From an uncultured delta proteobacterium (GTDB lineage: Bacteria; Myxococcota_A; Polyangia; Polyangiales; B10-G4): DNA of 64,000 bases. Of the stretch, positions 9,749 through 20,980 are shown one piece after another. The DNA is taken from NCBI GenBank assembly GCA_963727445.1, contig CAVSGI010000010.1, forward strand, positions 928,001 to 992,000, in the 5' to 3' direction. How positions within the stretch are numbered: position 1 is the first letter of the stretch; each line of letters starts with the position of its first letter. The position numbers and the translations under genes are program-made. The notes below the pieces were generated by a model, which made no database searches, had not been told where the DNA came from, and saw only the letters and a list, made by a program, of their open reading frames with translations.

Positions 9749-10549
9749 TCAAAACACGAAGGGAATCAGCGCGCGCCGCTTCGAGGGGTAATCCGGGAAA
9801 CGTTCTCGGTACCAGCGGCGATGGGCGATCGCGCGCGGGGCGAGGTTCGCGAAGGTGTAGACCGCGAAAGCGAGGCCCGGCAGCGACCAGGTGAGGATCG
9901 CCCAGCCCGTCCACTCGAGGAGCTCACCGAGGTAGTTGGGCGACGTCACCAGATCGAAGAGGCCGCCGCGCGGCAGGACGTAGCCGTCGCTCTCGCGCCG
10001 GAGGCGCAGGAGCGTGTAGTCGGCGCGGAGGTTGATGGCCATCCCGATCGCGAAGATGAGCGCGCCCGCGACGAAGCGGGGATCGGCGAGCCAAGCGGCG
10101 TCGTAGTGGCCGAGCTGGGAGATCCACCGGGCGTTCGCCCAGCCGTTGAACACCTGGAAGAGGAAGCCGAGGGCGGCCGGGACCAACGGCATGGGCTTGG
10201 CCGTGTCGGGTAGGCGCATCGGAAAGACCAGGTCGCGGTGGATGTAGTGCGCCTGCCACAGGACGAGCATCGCGAGGGGGGCGGCCTCGAGCGCGTGGTC
10301 GCCCGCGAAGTAGACGGCGACGAAGAGGAAGACCGCCGGGGACTCCATGGCGATCCACGCGGCGCGCGCGCTCAGCGCCGGGCCCCACCCGGCCCGCGCG
10401 TGCCGGCCGTAGGGCGCGACGATGAAGAAGAGCGCCACGAAAGTCACGGCGGCGAGGCCGACGATCGCGTAGCAGACCAGCGAGTGGTAGGCGTCCAGCG
10501 CGTCCAAGGCCGCGCAGGGTACCGCGCTTTGTCGCCGGGTCACTCTCAT
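9749..10549 (-). CDS. 3-oxo-5-alpha-steroid 4-dehydrogenase (SRD5A-like) membrane reductase
   Basis: APYGRH, AWIAMESP, HYIHR, LPRGGLFDLVTSPNYLGELLEW, NLAPRAIAHRRWY, RRALIPF. Exact start uncertain. Confidence 0.9.
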   Translation of the reverse strand: MRVTRRQSAVPCAALDALDAYHSLVCYAIVGLAAVTFVALFFIVAPYGRHARAGWGPALSARAAWIAMESPAVFLFVAVYFAGDHALEAAPLAMLVLWQAHYIHRDLVFPMRLPDTAKPMPLVPAALGFLFQVFNGWANARWISQLGHYDAAWLADPRFVAGALIFAIGMAINLRADYTLLRLRRESDGYVLPRGGLFDLVTSPNYLGELLEWTGWAILTWSLPGLAFAVYTFANLAPRAIAHRRWYRERFPDYPSKRRALIPFVF

Positions 10550-10563
10550 GCCATGAAGCGGGC

Positions 10564-11580
10564 GTGAGCGACGAGGCGCACGACGCTTTCGAGACCGAGG
10601 TCCTCGAGGTCCGACGAGACACCCCCGAACCCGACAGGATCGCCCGGGCCGCGGCGGTGCTCCGCGAAGGCGGCGTGGTCGCGATCCCCACCGAGACGGT
10701 CTATGGCCTCGCAGCCCTCGCCCTCGACGCTGGCGCCGTCGCGAAGATCTTCGCGGCGAAGGGACGACCCGCCGACAACCCGCTCATCGTCCACGTCGAG
10801 GGCGCCGCGCAGGCGCGCGAGGTCGTCCGCACCTGGCCCGCGGCCGCCGAGGCCCTCGCCGCGCGCTTCTGGCCCGGGCCGCTGACGGTGGTGCTGCCGC
10901 GGCGCCCCGAGGTCCCGGACATCGTGACCGCGGGCCTCGACACCGTGGCCGTGCGCGCCCCCGCCCATCCCGTCGCGCGCGCGCTGATCCGCGAGGTCGG
11001 CCCGCTCGCGGCGCCGAGCGCCAACCGTTCGAATCGCATCTCACCCACCACCGCGGCGCACGTGCTCGCGACCCTCGGCGGACGCATTCCCGTCATCCTC
11101 GACGGCGGCCCCACCGACGTCGGCATCGAGTCGACGGTGCTGTCCCTCGCGGGGGAGGTGGCGGTGCTGCTCCGGCCCGGAGGCATCGGGCTCGAAGCGA
11201 TTCGGGCGGTGATCGGCCCGGTGGAGCCGCTGGCCGCCGACGAGGCGAGCGCCGGGCCCCGCACGAGCCCAGGTCAGATGGCCCGCCACTACTCGCCCGA
11301 CGCCGAGCTGATCCTCGTCCCCCACGGCGACGCGAACGCGCTTCGTGAGGCCCTCGCCGGCGCCGAGCGCACCGGTGCGCTGGTTCACACACTCACGAAG
11401 GTGCCCGCGTCGACGCCCTCTGAGCGCCTCGCCGACGAGCCCGCCGCCTTTGCGCGTGAGCTCTACGCGGCGCTCCACCGCCTCGACGAGCGCTGCGATC
11501 GCATCGTGGTCGAAGCGGTGCCGGACGACGAAGCGTGGCGGGCCGTCGCCGACCGCCTCCGGCGAGCGAGCCACCGATGA
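10564..11580 (+). CDS. sua5: L-threonylcarbamoyladenylate synthase (Sua5/TsaC2)
   Basis: PTETVYGL, KGRPADNPLIVH, APSANRS, GIESTV, SPGQMARHYSP, C-terminal SUA5 domain. Confidence 0.97.
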   Translation: MSDEAHDAFETEVLEVRRDTPEPDRIARAAAVLREGGVVAIPTETVYGLAALALDAGAVAKIFAAKGRPADNPLIVHVEGAAQAREVVRTWPAAAEALAARFWPGPLTVVLPRRPEVPDIVTAGLDTVAVRAPAHPVARALIREVGPLAAPSANRSNRISPTTAAHVLATLGGRIPVILDGGPTDVGIESTVLSLAGEVAVLLRPGGIGLEAIRAVIGPVEPLAADEASAGPRTSPGQMARHYSPDAELILVPHGDANALREALAGAERTGALVHTLTKVPASTPSERLADEPAAFARELYAALHRLDERCDRIVVEAVPDDEAWRAVADRLRRASHR

Positions 11581-12071
11581 GCGACGACCGGGAGCGCCGC
11601 CTGATGGTGATGCGCCACGCGAAGAGCTCGTGGAAGAGCGATGCGGCCAGCGATCACGCGCGGCCGCTCAACAAGCGCGGCCGCCGGGATGCCCCGCGCA
11701 TCGCGGCGCGCCTGGTCGAGCTGGGGTGGGAACCCGAGCTGGTCGTCGCCTCGACCAGCGAGCGGACCCGCGAGACTTGGCGGCGGATGGCCGACCGATT
11801 TCCACGGGCCCGTGCGGAGTACACCGAAGACCTCTATCTCTGCGACGCCGACGACGCGCGCGCGGTGATCGCCACGCTCCCCGACGCGGTTGGTACGACC
11901 CTCCTGCTCGGCCACAACCCTGGCTTCGAGGACCTGGTGGAAGAGCTCGCGGGCCAGTGGCAGCGGATGACCACCGCGAACGTCGCCCTTTTCAGGGGTT
12001 GGGGGAGCACCTGGGCCGAGGCCCTCGGCGGACTTCAGCTGGAAAGCCTCCTCCGTCCGAAAGAGCTCTGA
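11577..12071 (+). CDS. sixA: Histidine phosphatase, SixA family
   Basis: MRHAKSSW, DHARPLNKRG, RTRET, LLGHNPG; ATGA overlap with the sua5 stop. Confidence 0.88.
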   Translation: MSDDRERRLMVMRHAKSSWKSDAASDHARPLNKRGRRDAPRIAARLVELGWEPELVVASTSERTRETWRRMADRFPRARAEYTEDLYLCDADDARAVIATLPDAVGTTLLLGHNPGFEDLVEELAGQWQRMTTANVALFRGWGSTWAEALGGLQLESLLRPKEL

Positions 12072-12133
12072 CAACTTGCGGACCCCGCCGAATTCCCCGC
12101 ATCATATCGGTAGTTTTTGAGGGATTTGGACAA

Positions 12134-12898
12134 TTGAGTCACGCATCTGAGCATCCGACGCCCGCCGTGGGCCTCGAACGACGTCCCTCGATTCGTACGC
12201 TGACAGCGGCCGAGTTGCCGAGCGTCTTTCAGCCGATCGTCGATCTGAACGACGGCGGGGTCTTCGCCTACGAGGCCCTCGTGCGCTGTCGTCACGAAGC
12301 CTTCGCGAGCCCCATCGGTCTCTTCGAGCACGCGGTGAAGGAGGGCAGCTGCGGGTCTCTCGGCCGAACGATTCGCAACGGGATCTTCGCCGACCCGCCC
12401 TCGACCCCCCTCTTCATCAACCTCCACCCCCACGAGCTTCGTGATCGCTGGTTGGTTCAGCCCGACGATCCGATCTGTTTCCACGATCATCCGGTCTACC
12501 TCGAGGTCACCGAGTCGGCGACCCTCGACTACTACGACCTCTGCGTCAGCGTGCTGAAAGAAGTGTGTGCGCGCACCGGCGCCTTGTTGGTCGTGGACGA
12601 TCTCGGCGCCGGCTATTCCAACCTCATTCGCGTGGTCGACCTGGAACCGAAGATCGTGAAGCTCGATCGCGCACTGGTCACCGGCCTCGACCAGAGCCGC
12701 CGCAAGCAGGTGCTCGTCAAGCACCTGGTCAACCTCTGCGAAGGCCTCGGAGCGCGCGTCGTCGGCGAAGGCGTCGAGACGGTGGAGGAGCTTCAAGCGC
12801 TTCGCGACACGGGCGTTCATTTCGGCCAGGGCTACTTCCTGGCGCGCCCCAACGCCCCGCCCCCCCACGTGCGATGGCCCTTCGAGGGGGGCGCTTAG
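12134..12898 (+). CDS. EAL-domain c-di-GMP phosphodiesterase
   Basis: FQPIVDL..AYEALVR, FINL, LEVTE, DDLGAGYS, KLDR, GEGVET, GQGY. Start uncertain (TTG 12134 or GTG 12167). Confidence 0.9.
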   Translation: MSHASEHPTPAVGLERRPSIRTLTAAELPSVFQPIVDLNDGGVFAYEALVRCRHEAFASPIGLFEHAVKEGSCGSLGRTIRNGIFADPPSTPLFINLHPHELRDRWLVQPDDPICFHDHPVYLEVTESATLDYYDLCVSVLKEVCARTGALLVVDDLGAGYSNLIRVVDLEPKIVKLDRALVTGLDQSRRKQVLVKHLVNLCEGLGARVVGEGVETVEELQALRDTGVHFGQGYFLARPNAPPPHVRWPFEGGA

Positions 12899-12909
12899 AA
12901 GCGAGAGCG

Positions 12910-13890
12910 ATGGGACGACGACGGCCTCAAGAGACGCGCGAGATCAGCATCGATTCGCTCGACGACATCGACGAGGGGACCGATCCGCCCACGCAGGTCA
13001 CGAACCTCAACGAGCTCATGGCGGTCGCGAACCAGGAGGACAACTGGACGCTGACCATCCTCAACGGCTCGGCGGCCGGGCTGGTGGTTCCCGTCGAGGA
13101 GGGGCCGGTGGTCGTGGGACGCGGCAGCGAGTGCCAGACGCGCATCCTCGACCAGGGTCTGTCGCGCAAGCACGGCACCTTCTACATGCGGGGTGGGGAC
13201 CTGTTCTTCCGAGACCTCGACAGCACCAACGGCTCGTTTGTCGAGGGGAAACAGGTCAAAGGCGAGATTCGGGTCGAGGACGGCAATCGGCTCCAGCTCG
13301 GGCGCACCTTGATCCGCGCACACCTCCGGAGCCCCAACGAGGTCGAGGCGGTTCGAAAGCTCTACGAGACCTCGGTGCGGGACGCCCTCACCGGGCTCTA
13401 CAACCGCCGTCATCTCGACGAGCGGATGGAGAGCGAGTTCGCCTACGCGGTGCGCCACCGCCAGGCCCTGTCCCTGCTGGTCCTCGACATCGACCACTTC
13501 AAGAAGGTGAACGACACCTACGGACACGCCGCCGGCGACGCAGTGCTCAGGGCGGTCTCTGGCTTCGTGGTCTCCGCCGTGCGCACCGAGGACGTGGTCG
13601 GCCGGTACGGAGGTGAGGAGATCGTGATCCTGCTTCGCGGCATCGGCGCATCGGGTGCGGAGATCCTGGCCCAGCGGATCCGCGCGGGCATCGAGAAGTC
13701 GCCGGTGGAGTACGAGGGTCAGATCATCGGGGTCACCGCCAGCATCGGCGTCGCGAGCTGGGAGCCGACCCAGCCGCGCGAGAGCGCGCAGGCGCTCTTC
13801 AACGCGGCCGACGAGTGCCTCTACCGGGCCAAGCGCTCCGGTCGCAACCTGGTCATCGCCGACGCGTCGCCGCGCTCGGCGCCGCCGTAG
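12910..13890 (+). CDS. FHA-GGDEF diguanylate cyclase
   Basis: FHA motifs VGRG, LSRKH, DLDSTNGSFV; GGDEF motifs DALTGLYNRR, DIDHFKKVNDTYGH, RYGGEEI, ADECLYRAK. Confidence 0.93.
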   Translation: MGRRRPQETREISIDSLDDIDEGTDPPTQVTNLNELMAVANQEDNWTLTILNGSAAGLVVPVEEGPVVVGRGSECQTRILDQGLSRKHGTFYMRGGDLFFRDLDSTNGSFVEGKQVKGEIRVEDGNRLQLGRTLIRAHLRSPNEVEAVRKLYETSVRDALTGLYNRRHLDERMESEFAYAVRHRQALSLLVLDIDHFKKVNDTYGHAAGDAVLRAVSGFVVSAVRTEDVVGRYGGEEIVILLRGIGASGAEILAQRIRAGIEKSPVEYEGQIIGVTASIGVASWEPTQPRESAQALFNAADECLYRAKRSGRNLVIADASPRSAPP

Positions 13891-13905
13891 GATCCCGTTC
13901 CTGGA

Positions 13906-13927
13906 CCTGTTCCTGATCCGGAACAGG
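13906..13927. terminator. Hairpin between convergent genes (possible bidirectional terminator)
   Basis: CCTGTTCC-tgatcc-GGAACAGG, 8-bp perfect stem; no U-tract. Confidence 0.4.
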
Positions 13928-13964
13928 CCCAGGCCCAGCCCGAGTCCTCGCTCCCAGCCCTGGC

Positions 13965-15673
13965 TCAGAAGCGGAACTGAGCTTCGAGGCGCAGCTCGCG
14001 CTCGAGGATGTTGTCCTGGGGGCGGTCGGGGTTCTGCTCGTACTGGGTCTCGCGGAACATCACTGACAGAAGGCCGATGTTGCGGAACCAGTACCAGTGC
14101 AGGGCGACGCGCCACTGGAACTGGTCGAGGGGGCGGTTGAACGCGGAGCTGAAGCTCGGCATCGCGTCGCCTGGCCCGGGCTGGAAGTTCTGCGCGAAGT
14201 AGTAGCCGATGTCTCCGGCCAGCATCAGCCAGCGCGGGATCAGCAGGATCGAGGTCTGCGCGTAGAGCGCCGTCTGCCAGGCGCCCCCGTAGTCGATGAC
14301 GTACTTCGTGTACATCTCGCCGCGCAGCAGGAAGCGCGAGACCTGGAAGAAGAACTGGGTGTTGATCGACGGATAGCGCTCCGCCGCGCGCTGGTCGTAC
14401 TTGCCGCCTGCGAGGATGGCCAGCGTCAGTGGGACGGGCGTGTAGAGGAAGGGTGTGTCGAAGCGGCTGTAGGAGCCGATGATGTTGGCGTGGAGCTGAC
14501 CACCCGCGGCCCACGCGACGTTCCGCGTGTCGTCCCGGAAGAAGGCGCCGCCGACGTTGCCGTTGAAGAAGCCCGAGCCACCGGCGCCGAAGACGCGGTA
14601 GCGGAGGAAGTTGCCGAGGATCGGGCCCCCGATCTCGACGGCCGCTCCGTTGTTCTGCTCGAAACCGTTGACCAGCAGGTACGGCCGATCGAGGAGCGGC
14701 TGTTTGGAGGTGCTGACGATGAGCGCGCTCGAGAGGTTACCCGAGCCGGAGTTGACGTTGATGTAGTGGCCGGTGTCTCCGATGGGCACCTGAAAGACCA
14801 TGAACGTCAGCCGCGGTGAGTTCTCGAGCCGCATGTTGAGCAGGAAGAAGCTGTTGTTGATGAACGGCAGCGAGCCGAGGGCGCGGACCTGGACGCGCCG
14901 GAAGCGGATGTCGCCGTACTGGTCGCTGTTGGGGACGGTCCCACCCGCGGGCAGGGCGTTCTGCTCGTAGTCGTAGCTGGCGCTCACGCCCGTCACCACC
15001 GAGAAGCGAAAGCCGGGGTCGCCCTGGCAGACCGTGACCTGCGGGTCGAAACGGCAGCCGAAGTCGGCGCAGTCAGTCCGTCCGTCACCGTCGTTGTCGA
15101 TGCCGTCCGAGCAGAGGTAGTCGTTGCGCTCTCCGTCCGCGTCGCCGAAGTTGCCGATCAGGTCCTCGACGGTCATGTCGCCGGTGAGCTCGGGAATGTC
15201 CATCTCCCCGTCCTCTGCGCCGCCGCCGTTGGCGCTTCGATTACTGCCCTCGTAGCTGCCCTGACAGACGGTGATCCCGGGGCCGCTGCACTCGGAGTCG
15301 TCGCAGTCGACGGCGCCGTCGCCGTCGTTGTCGATCCAGTCGCTGCAGCGGTCGTTGCTGCGCTCGGCGTTGCCCCCGGCCTCACACACCGGATTGCTGA
15401 AGCAGTCCGCGTCGGCGCAGTCGGGCAGCCCGTCCCCATCGTCGTCTCGGCGGTCGTCGCAGACCGTCTCGTGGGTCGGCGCCGGATCCCCCAGCGGTGG
15501 AGCGTCCACCTCGTCCGCCCCCGACTCGGGCGGCGTATCGCCCTCGGGTGGCGGGGTGGTCTCACCGCCGGAATCGCCTTCTTGGGGCTCCCCCTCGGGC
15601 GGCTGAGCTACGGCGGTCGTCGTGAGCAAAAGGCCGCCGATGATCATCATGGCGGCGTTCGCTGTCGATTTCG

Positions 15674-15683
<10 letters not shown>
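13965..15683 (-). CDS. Exported protein with 3 Cys/Asp-rich repeats and a C-terminal porin-like beta-barrel
   Basis: Signal peptide (TAVA-Q), acidic Pro-rich linker, 3x C-x-D-x2-D-[DN]-D-G-D-G-x2-D-C-x-D-x2-C, then amphipathic strands (DIRFRRVQVRALG) and terminal ELRLEAQFRF. Start at 15683 or 15677. Confidence 0.75.
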
Positions 15684-17245
<1,562 letters not shown>

Positions 17246-17266
17246 GCTCGAGACTCCTGCTTCCCC

Positions 17267-18325
17267 TCAGTTTCCTCTTGGCGGCATGGATCCGTGCCCG
17301 CGAAGACACGAAGCCCGATTGCGCCCATAGCGGCGCGGAAAAGCAGCGTAGAGAGCGCAGGCGCCTCGGCGCACCTCGCGCCCGCCCAGAAAGCCCGAAT
17401 TCATCGCCCTTTCCAGGCGCTCTCGGAGAAGACCGGCGAGCGCAGGGTCGATCTCGATCGAATAAGCCGCTTCGGTGTCGGCCTTCTCCTCCTCCTCGCT
17501 GAGCCACGCGGGCAGCTCGGAGCGCCGCACCCAACGCGAGACGATCTCCACCACCAGGAGGTTGGGGATCGGAGCGAGGAGGGGCGCGACCTCGGGGTCT
17601 TCGCGGAGCTGGAGCGCGTACGAACGTACCTTCTCGGGGTCGGCGACCACCTCCTGGTAACAGACCCACTCGCACTCACCGTAGTTGTCGCCGTGCTCCC
17701 ACTTCTCGGTGTGCCCGTCGCGGGTGGAGACGAGGCGGTTGTACGAGGGGTCGGTGCGCTCGGGATCTTCGTCGTTCGAGTGGAGCGAGGTCACGACGAA
17801 CTCCGGCACGCCGTGCGCCCACATGCCGCGGCGCTCCTGGATCGCTTCCTGTTGCGCGCGGAGGTATTCCGGACGCGACGGGATGTCGGTCACGTTCATC
17901 GCGTGCGCGAAGCCGTTCTGGATCTGACTCACCGCGAGGTCGGGACAGTCGAGGAGCACGCGGCCGTAGGTGTCCAGATCACCGTCGGTGTTGCAGTGCC
18001 ACGTGCCGTGCTTGGCGTGATTGGTGGCCTGCTTTGCGTTCACGAAGAGCTCGAATGGATGAAAGCTGCCCCACTGATGGACCGGGCCGAAGCTCTCGAG
18101 CGTGTTGAAGCCTCCGAGTCGACACTGCCTGTTGTCGTACTCGCCCCCGTAGATGCGGAAGCTGTCACCATCGTTGAACGCAACCGGCACCATACGGCCA
18201 TTGAGGAAGACGCGCGTGTACGCTGCCGCCTCGACTACCGACGGGAGGACGGAAGAGAGCAGATGAACGGAAAGGAGCGCGGCGGAGATGATCGCCACGA
18301 GTGTGAGCCGTCTTCTCGTACGCAA
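17267..18325 (-). CDS. Exported thermonuclease (SNase-like) family protein
   Basis: Signal peptide; NDGDSF, RLGGFNTLE, DTYGRVL and AQQEAIQERRGMW match the SNase motifs DGDT, RLxxIDTPE, DKYGR and A+xx+RGLW. Confidence 0.78.
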   Translation of the reverse strand: MRTRRRLTLVAIISAALLSVHLLSSVLPSVVEAAAYTRVFLNGRMVPVAFNDGDSFRIYGGEYDNRQCRLGGFNTLESFGPVHQWGSFHPFELFVNAKQATNHAKHGTWHCNTDGDLDTYGRVLLDCPDLAVSQIQNGFAHAMNVTDIPSRPEYLRAQQEAIQERRGMWAHGVPEFVVTSLHSNDEDPERTDPSYNRLVSTRDGHTEKWEHGDNYGECEWVCYQEVVADPEKVRSYALQLREDPEVAPLLAPIPNLLVVEIVSRWVRRSELPAWLSEEEEKADTEAAYSIEIDPALAGLLRERLERAMNSGFLGGREVRRGACALYAAFPRRYGRNRASCLRGHGSMPPRGN

Positions 18326-18375
18326 GCTCTAATTACCTTCCTCTTTTCGCGGATTCGCATGTGGGCGCCGCATTG

Positions 18376-19122
18376 TCAACGCGGTCGATCGAACACCCGC
18401 CAGCCGTCGGAGGTGAGGCGCTCGTGGGGCAGGAAACGCCCCTTGTAATTCATGTGTGGATTGTCGGCGATGTAGAGGCCGAGATAGAGATGGCGAGAGC
18501 CCCACTCGCGCCCTTTCTCCAGCTGTTTCAGGATGGAGTAGGTCCCGAGCGAGAGCTTCGCGTGGTCCGGGTCGAAGAAGCAGTAGACGGCCGACAAGCT
18601 CTCGTCTCCCCGATCGGTGACGGCGATGCCCACCAGCTCGTCATCCAGGAAGTACCGGAATTCCACGCTCTCGAGACAACGATCGACCAGGAAGCCGAAG
18701 TAGCCTTTCTCGTCGAGAGGCTTGCCGCTGCCGACGATGAGATCGCGACCGCGCTTGTGCTTCTCGTAGAGCGCGAGCCGGCGCGCGTCGACGACAGGGC
18801 GACCGATCTCCGTCCGGATCAGCGCGTCGTTCCGACGCTTCGTTCGGGCCTGCGTCCGCGACGGACGAAACGTTTCGACGTCGAGCCGAATCGCTTCGCA
18901 GGCGCAACAGGTCGGACACGTCGGCCGATAGAGCAACCGGCCGTGTCGTCGATCGCCACTCGCGAAATGCTCGTCCGTCTCCTCCGGGGTCAGCGCGCGC
19001 ACCGGAAGCCTGAGCGGCATGCGCGCCGTCTCACCGGGCCGGTAGGGGCACGGCTCGGGCTCGTCGAGGACGAGCACCTCGTCGGGCATCCCGGTCAGCA
19101 CGGTGAGTCTCACGACTCTCAT
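18376..19122 (-). CDS. bpt: Arginyl/leucyl-tRNA-protein transferase (ATE/Bpt family)
   Basis: PCPYRP, GDRRHG..YRPTCPTCCACEAIR, LSAVYCFFDP, SLGTYSIL, YLGLYI..MNYKGRFLPHE. Confidence 0.9.
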   Translation of the reverse strand: MRVVRLTVLTGMPDEVLVLDEPEPCPYRPGETARMPLRLPVRALTPEETDEHFASGDRRHGRLLYRPTCPTCCACEAIRLDVETFRPSRTQARTKRRNDALIRTEIGRPVVDARRLALYEKHKRGRDLIVGSGKPLDEKGYFGFLVDRCLESVEFRYFLDDELVGIAVTDRGDESLSAVYCFFDPDHAKLSLGTYSILKQLEKGREWGSRHLYLGLYIADNPHMNYKGRFLPHERLTSDGWRVFDRPR

Positions 19123-19169
19123 CTTGTACCGAAAACGCGCGACTTTCGAGTGCGGTATCATCAGAGGCA

Positions 19170-19940
19170 GTGATGCGTCGTGTCCTCCCCATCGCGCTGC
19201 TCCTCCTCACCGCCTCCGCTCTCCGCCCGACCGCGACGCGCGCCGTCGACGAGGACGGTGATCAGAGCACCGAAGCCGCGCTGAACGTCCTCTTCATCGG
19301 GAACAGCTTCACGCGCTTCAACAACTTGCCGCGGATGGTCCGATTGCTCCTCGACTCCGACGGCGTGGGCCCGCCAGCCACGGTGGTGCGCGAGACGCGC
19401 GCCGGCGCCACCCTGCGCCGACTGTGGCGGATGCGCGAGGTCCGCTACCGCCTCGCCCAGGGCGGCTACACCCACGTGGTGATTCAGGGGCACAGCCTGA
19501 GACCCGTGAGGCGACCGAACGAGATCCGCGAGTACGCGCGCCGCTTCGACGAAGCGATCGACGACATCGGTGCCAAGACCGTTCTCTACAACACCTGGGC
19601 GCGCTCCCGTCACTCGGAGGACGTGCCCGAGGAGCTGGCCGATCCCCGCGCGATGCAGCAGCGGGTCGACAACGTCTACGAGCTGATGGCCCACGACCTC
19701 GACGCCGAGCTCGCGCCCGTCGGCCAGGCCTTCACCCTCGCCGCCGCGGAAGCCCCCGCCATCAAGCTCCGCCGCGCTGACGGCATCCATCCGACGCCCA
19801 AGGGAACCTACCTCGCCGCCTGCGTCTTCTACCGCGTGCTCACGGGAAGAAGCTCGCTCGGTCTTTCGTACTATCCATGGCCCATGCGAGAGAGAGTCGC
19901 TCGACGCTTGCAGGAGATCGCGGATAGGAGCGGGCGCTGA
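19170..19940 (+). CDS. Secreted SGNH/GDSL hydrolase (DUF4886-like)
   Basis: Signal peptide; VLFIGNSFT block I; DGIHP block V; GTYLAACVFY. Confidence 0.85.
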   Translation: MMRRVLPIALLLLTASALRPTATRAVDEDGDQSTEAALNVLFIGNSFTRFNNLPRMVRLLLDSDGVGPPATVVRETRAGATLRRLWRMREVRYRLAQGGYTHVVIQGHSLRPVRRPNEIREYARRFDEAIDDIGAKTVLYNTWARSRHSEDVPEELADPRAMQQRVDNVYELMAHDLDAELAPVGQAFTLAAAEAPAIKLRRADGIHPTPKGTYLAACVFYRVLTGRSSLGLSYYPWPMRERVARRLQEIADRSGR

Positions 19941-20347
19941 GAGCACTCTGCTCGAGCCTCATTTTCCTCGTAATCCCGGCAGCTTGTGGTGCTCCTCCGG
20001 GCCCCCGCCCCCAGGACCCGAGCGCAGAGGCGGACGAGTCCTCTCCCGCCGATGAAGGCGGGCAGAGCGAGGGTGAGGGCTCCGGGTCCGCGTCTGAATC
20101 CGCGGCGGCACGCCCGACGCCAACCCCAACACCGACCCCCACGCCGGTCGTCACCGAGCGCGTCGTTCAGCAGACCGAGGAGCCCGGCTGCGATCCCAGC
20201 CTCGACGGGGACGGCGACGGTCTCGACGACTGCACGGACACCTGCCCCACCGTGGCCGAAGACCTGGACGGCGACCGGGACAGCGACGGCTGCCCCGAAC
20301 GCTCGATCGCGGACGCGCCGACCGTGAGCGGCGACGAGCCCAGCTGA
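19937..20347 (+). CDS. Small lipoprotein with a thrombospondin-type-3-like Ca-binding repeat (probable CTG start)
   Basis: My translation: (M)RALCSSLIFLVIPAA-CGAPP..PTPTPTPTP..DGDGDGLDDCTDTCPTVAEDLDGDRDSDGCPE. AGGAG lies 6 nt before CTG. Missed by the ORF track. Confidence 0.7.
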   Translation: MRALCSSLIFLVIPAACGAPPGPRPQDPSAEADESSPADEGGQSEGEGSGSASESAAARPTPTPTPTPTPVVTERVVQQTEEPGCDPSLDGDGDGLDDCTDTCPTVAEDLDGDRDSDGCPERSIADAPTVSGDEPS

Positions 20348-20530
20348 GCGCTGCCCACGTGCCGCGAGCGGGCATTGGCGCCGGATGGCGTTGTCGCGGG
20401 GGCGGCGGGGGATGCGTCTCGATGCGTGAGCCGGTCTCGGGCCTGCGGCGCCTGCGGCGCCTCTGGGGGCTGTGCCCACACGTGATGGGTGAGCCGAGAC
20501 CCCAGGTCGCGCGACGCAACTCGCGGTGGG

Positions 20531-20683
20531 GCGCGGGCGAACCGGTCTCGAAGGCATCGCGCGATGGGCCGGGCTTCGGTACGCGCGGGCGAACCGGTCT
20601 CGAAGGCATCGCGCGATGGGCCGGTGCTCGGTGCGCGCGGGCGAACCGGTCTCGAAGGCATCGCGCGATGGGCCGGGCTTCGG
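20531..20683. repeat. Tandem repeat A, about 3 x 52 bp
   Basis: Unit GCGCGGGCGAACCGGTCTCGAAGGCATCGCGCGATGGGCCGG.. starts at 20531, 20583 and 20635; contains the palindrome CATCGCGCGATG. Confidence 0.95.
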
Positions 20684-20737
20684 CCCTCCACTCCCCGCGC
20701 ATGAACGTTTCGAGCGGTTTCGATCTGCACACCTACG

Positions 20738-20855
20738 CGGACGGAACGCGCCACGCGGGCCATCGCCTCGGCCATCCGGTCCGTCCTGACGGACGGAACG
20801 CGCCACGCGGGCCATCGCCCCGCCCATCCGGTCCGTCCTGACGGACGGAACGCGC
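20738..20855. repeat. Tandem repeat B, about 2.3 x 52 bp
   Basis: Unit CGGACGGAACGCGCCACGCGGGCCATCGCC..CCATCCGGTCCGTCCTGA starts at 20738, 20790 and 20842; the junction forms TCCGTC-ct-GACGGA. Confidence 0.95.
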
Positions 20856-20980
20856 GGTGAGCGACTGGCCCCGGCGCGTGGGCGGACACGACTGTCGCCC
20901 TCGATCCCCTGGGTTGTGTCCGGAGAACGGCCAGAACTGTCGACGTCTCCGCCGCCCCGCTTTGGACAGAGGCCGCGGGC

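Noticed and set aside
20531..20855. Possible CRISPR array
   Set aside because: The units are nearly identical along their whole length, there are no unique spacers, and no cas genes are in the window.
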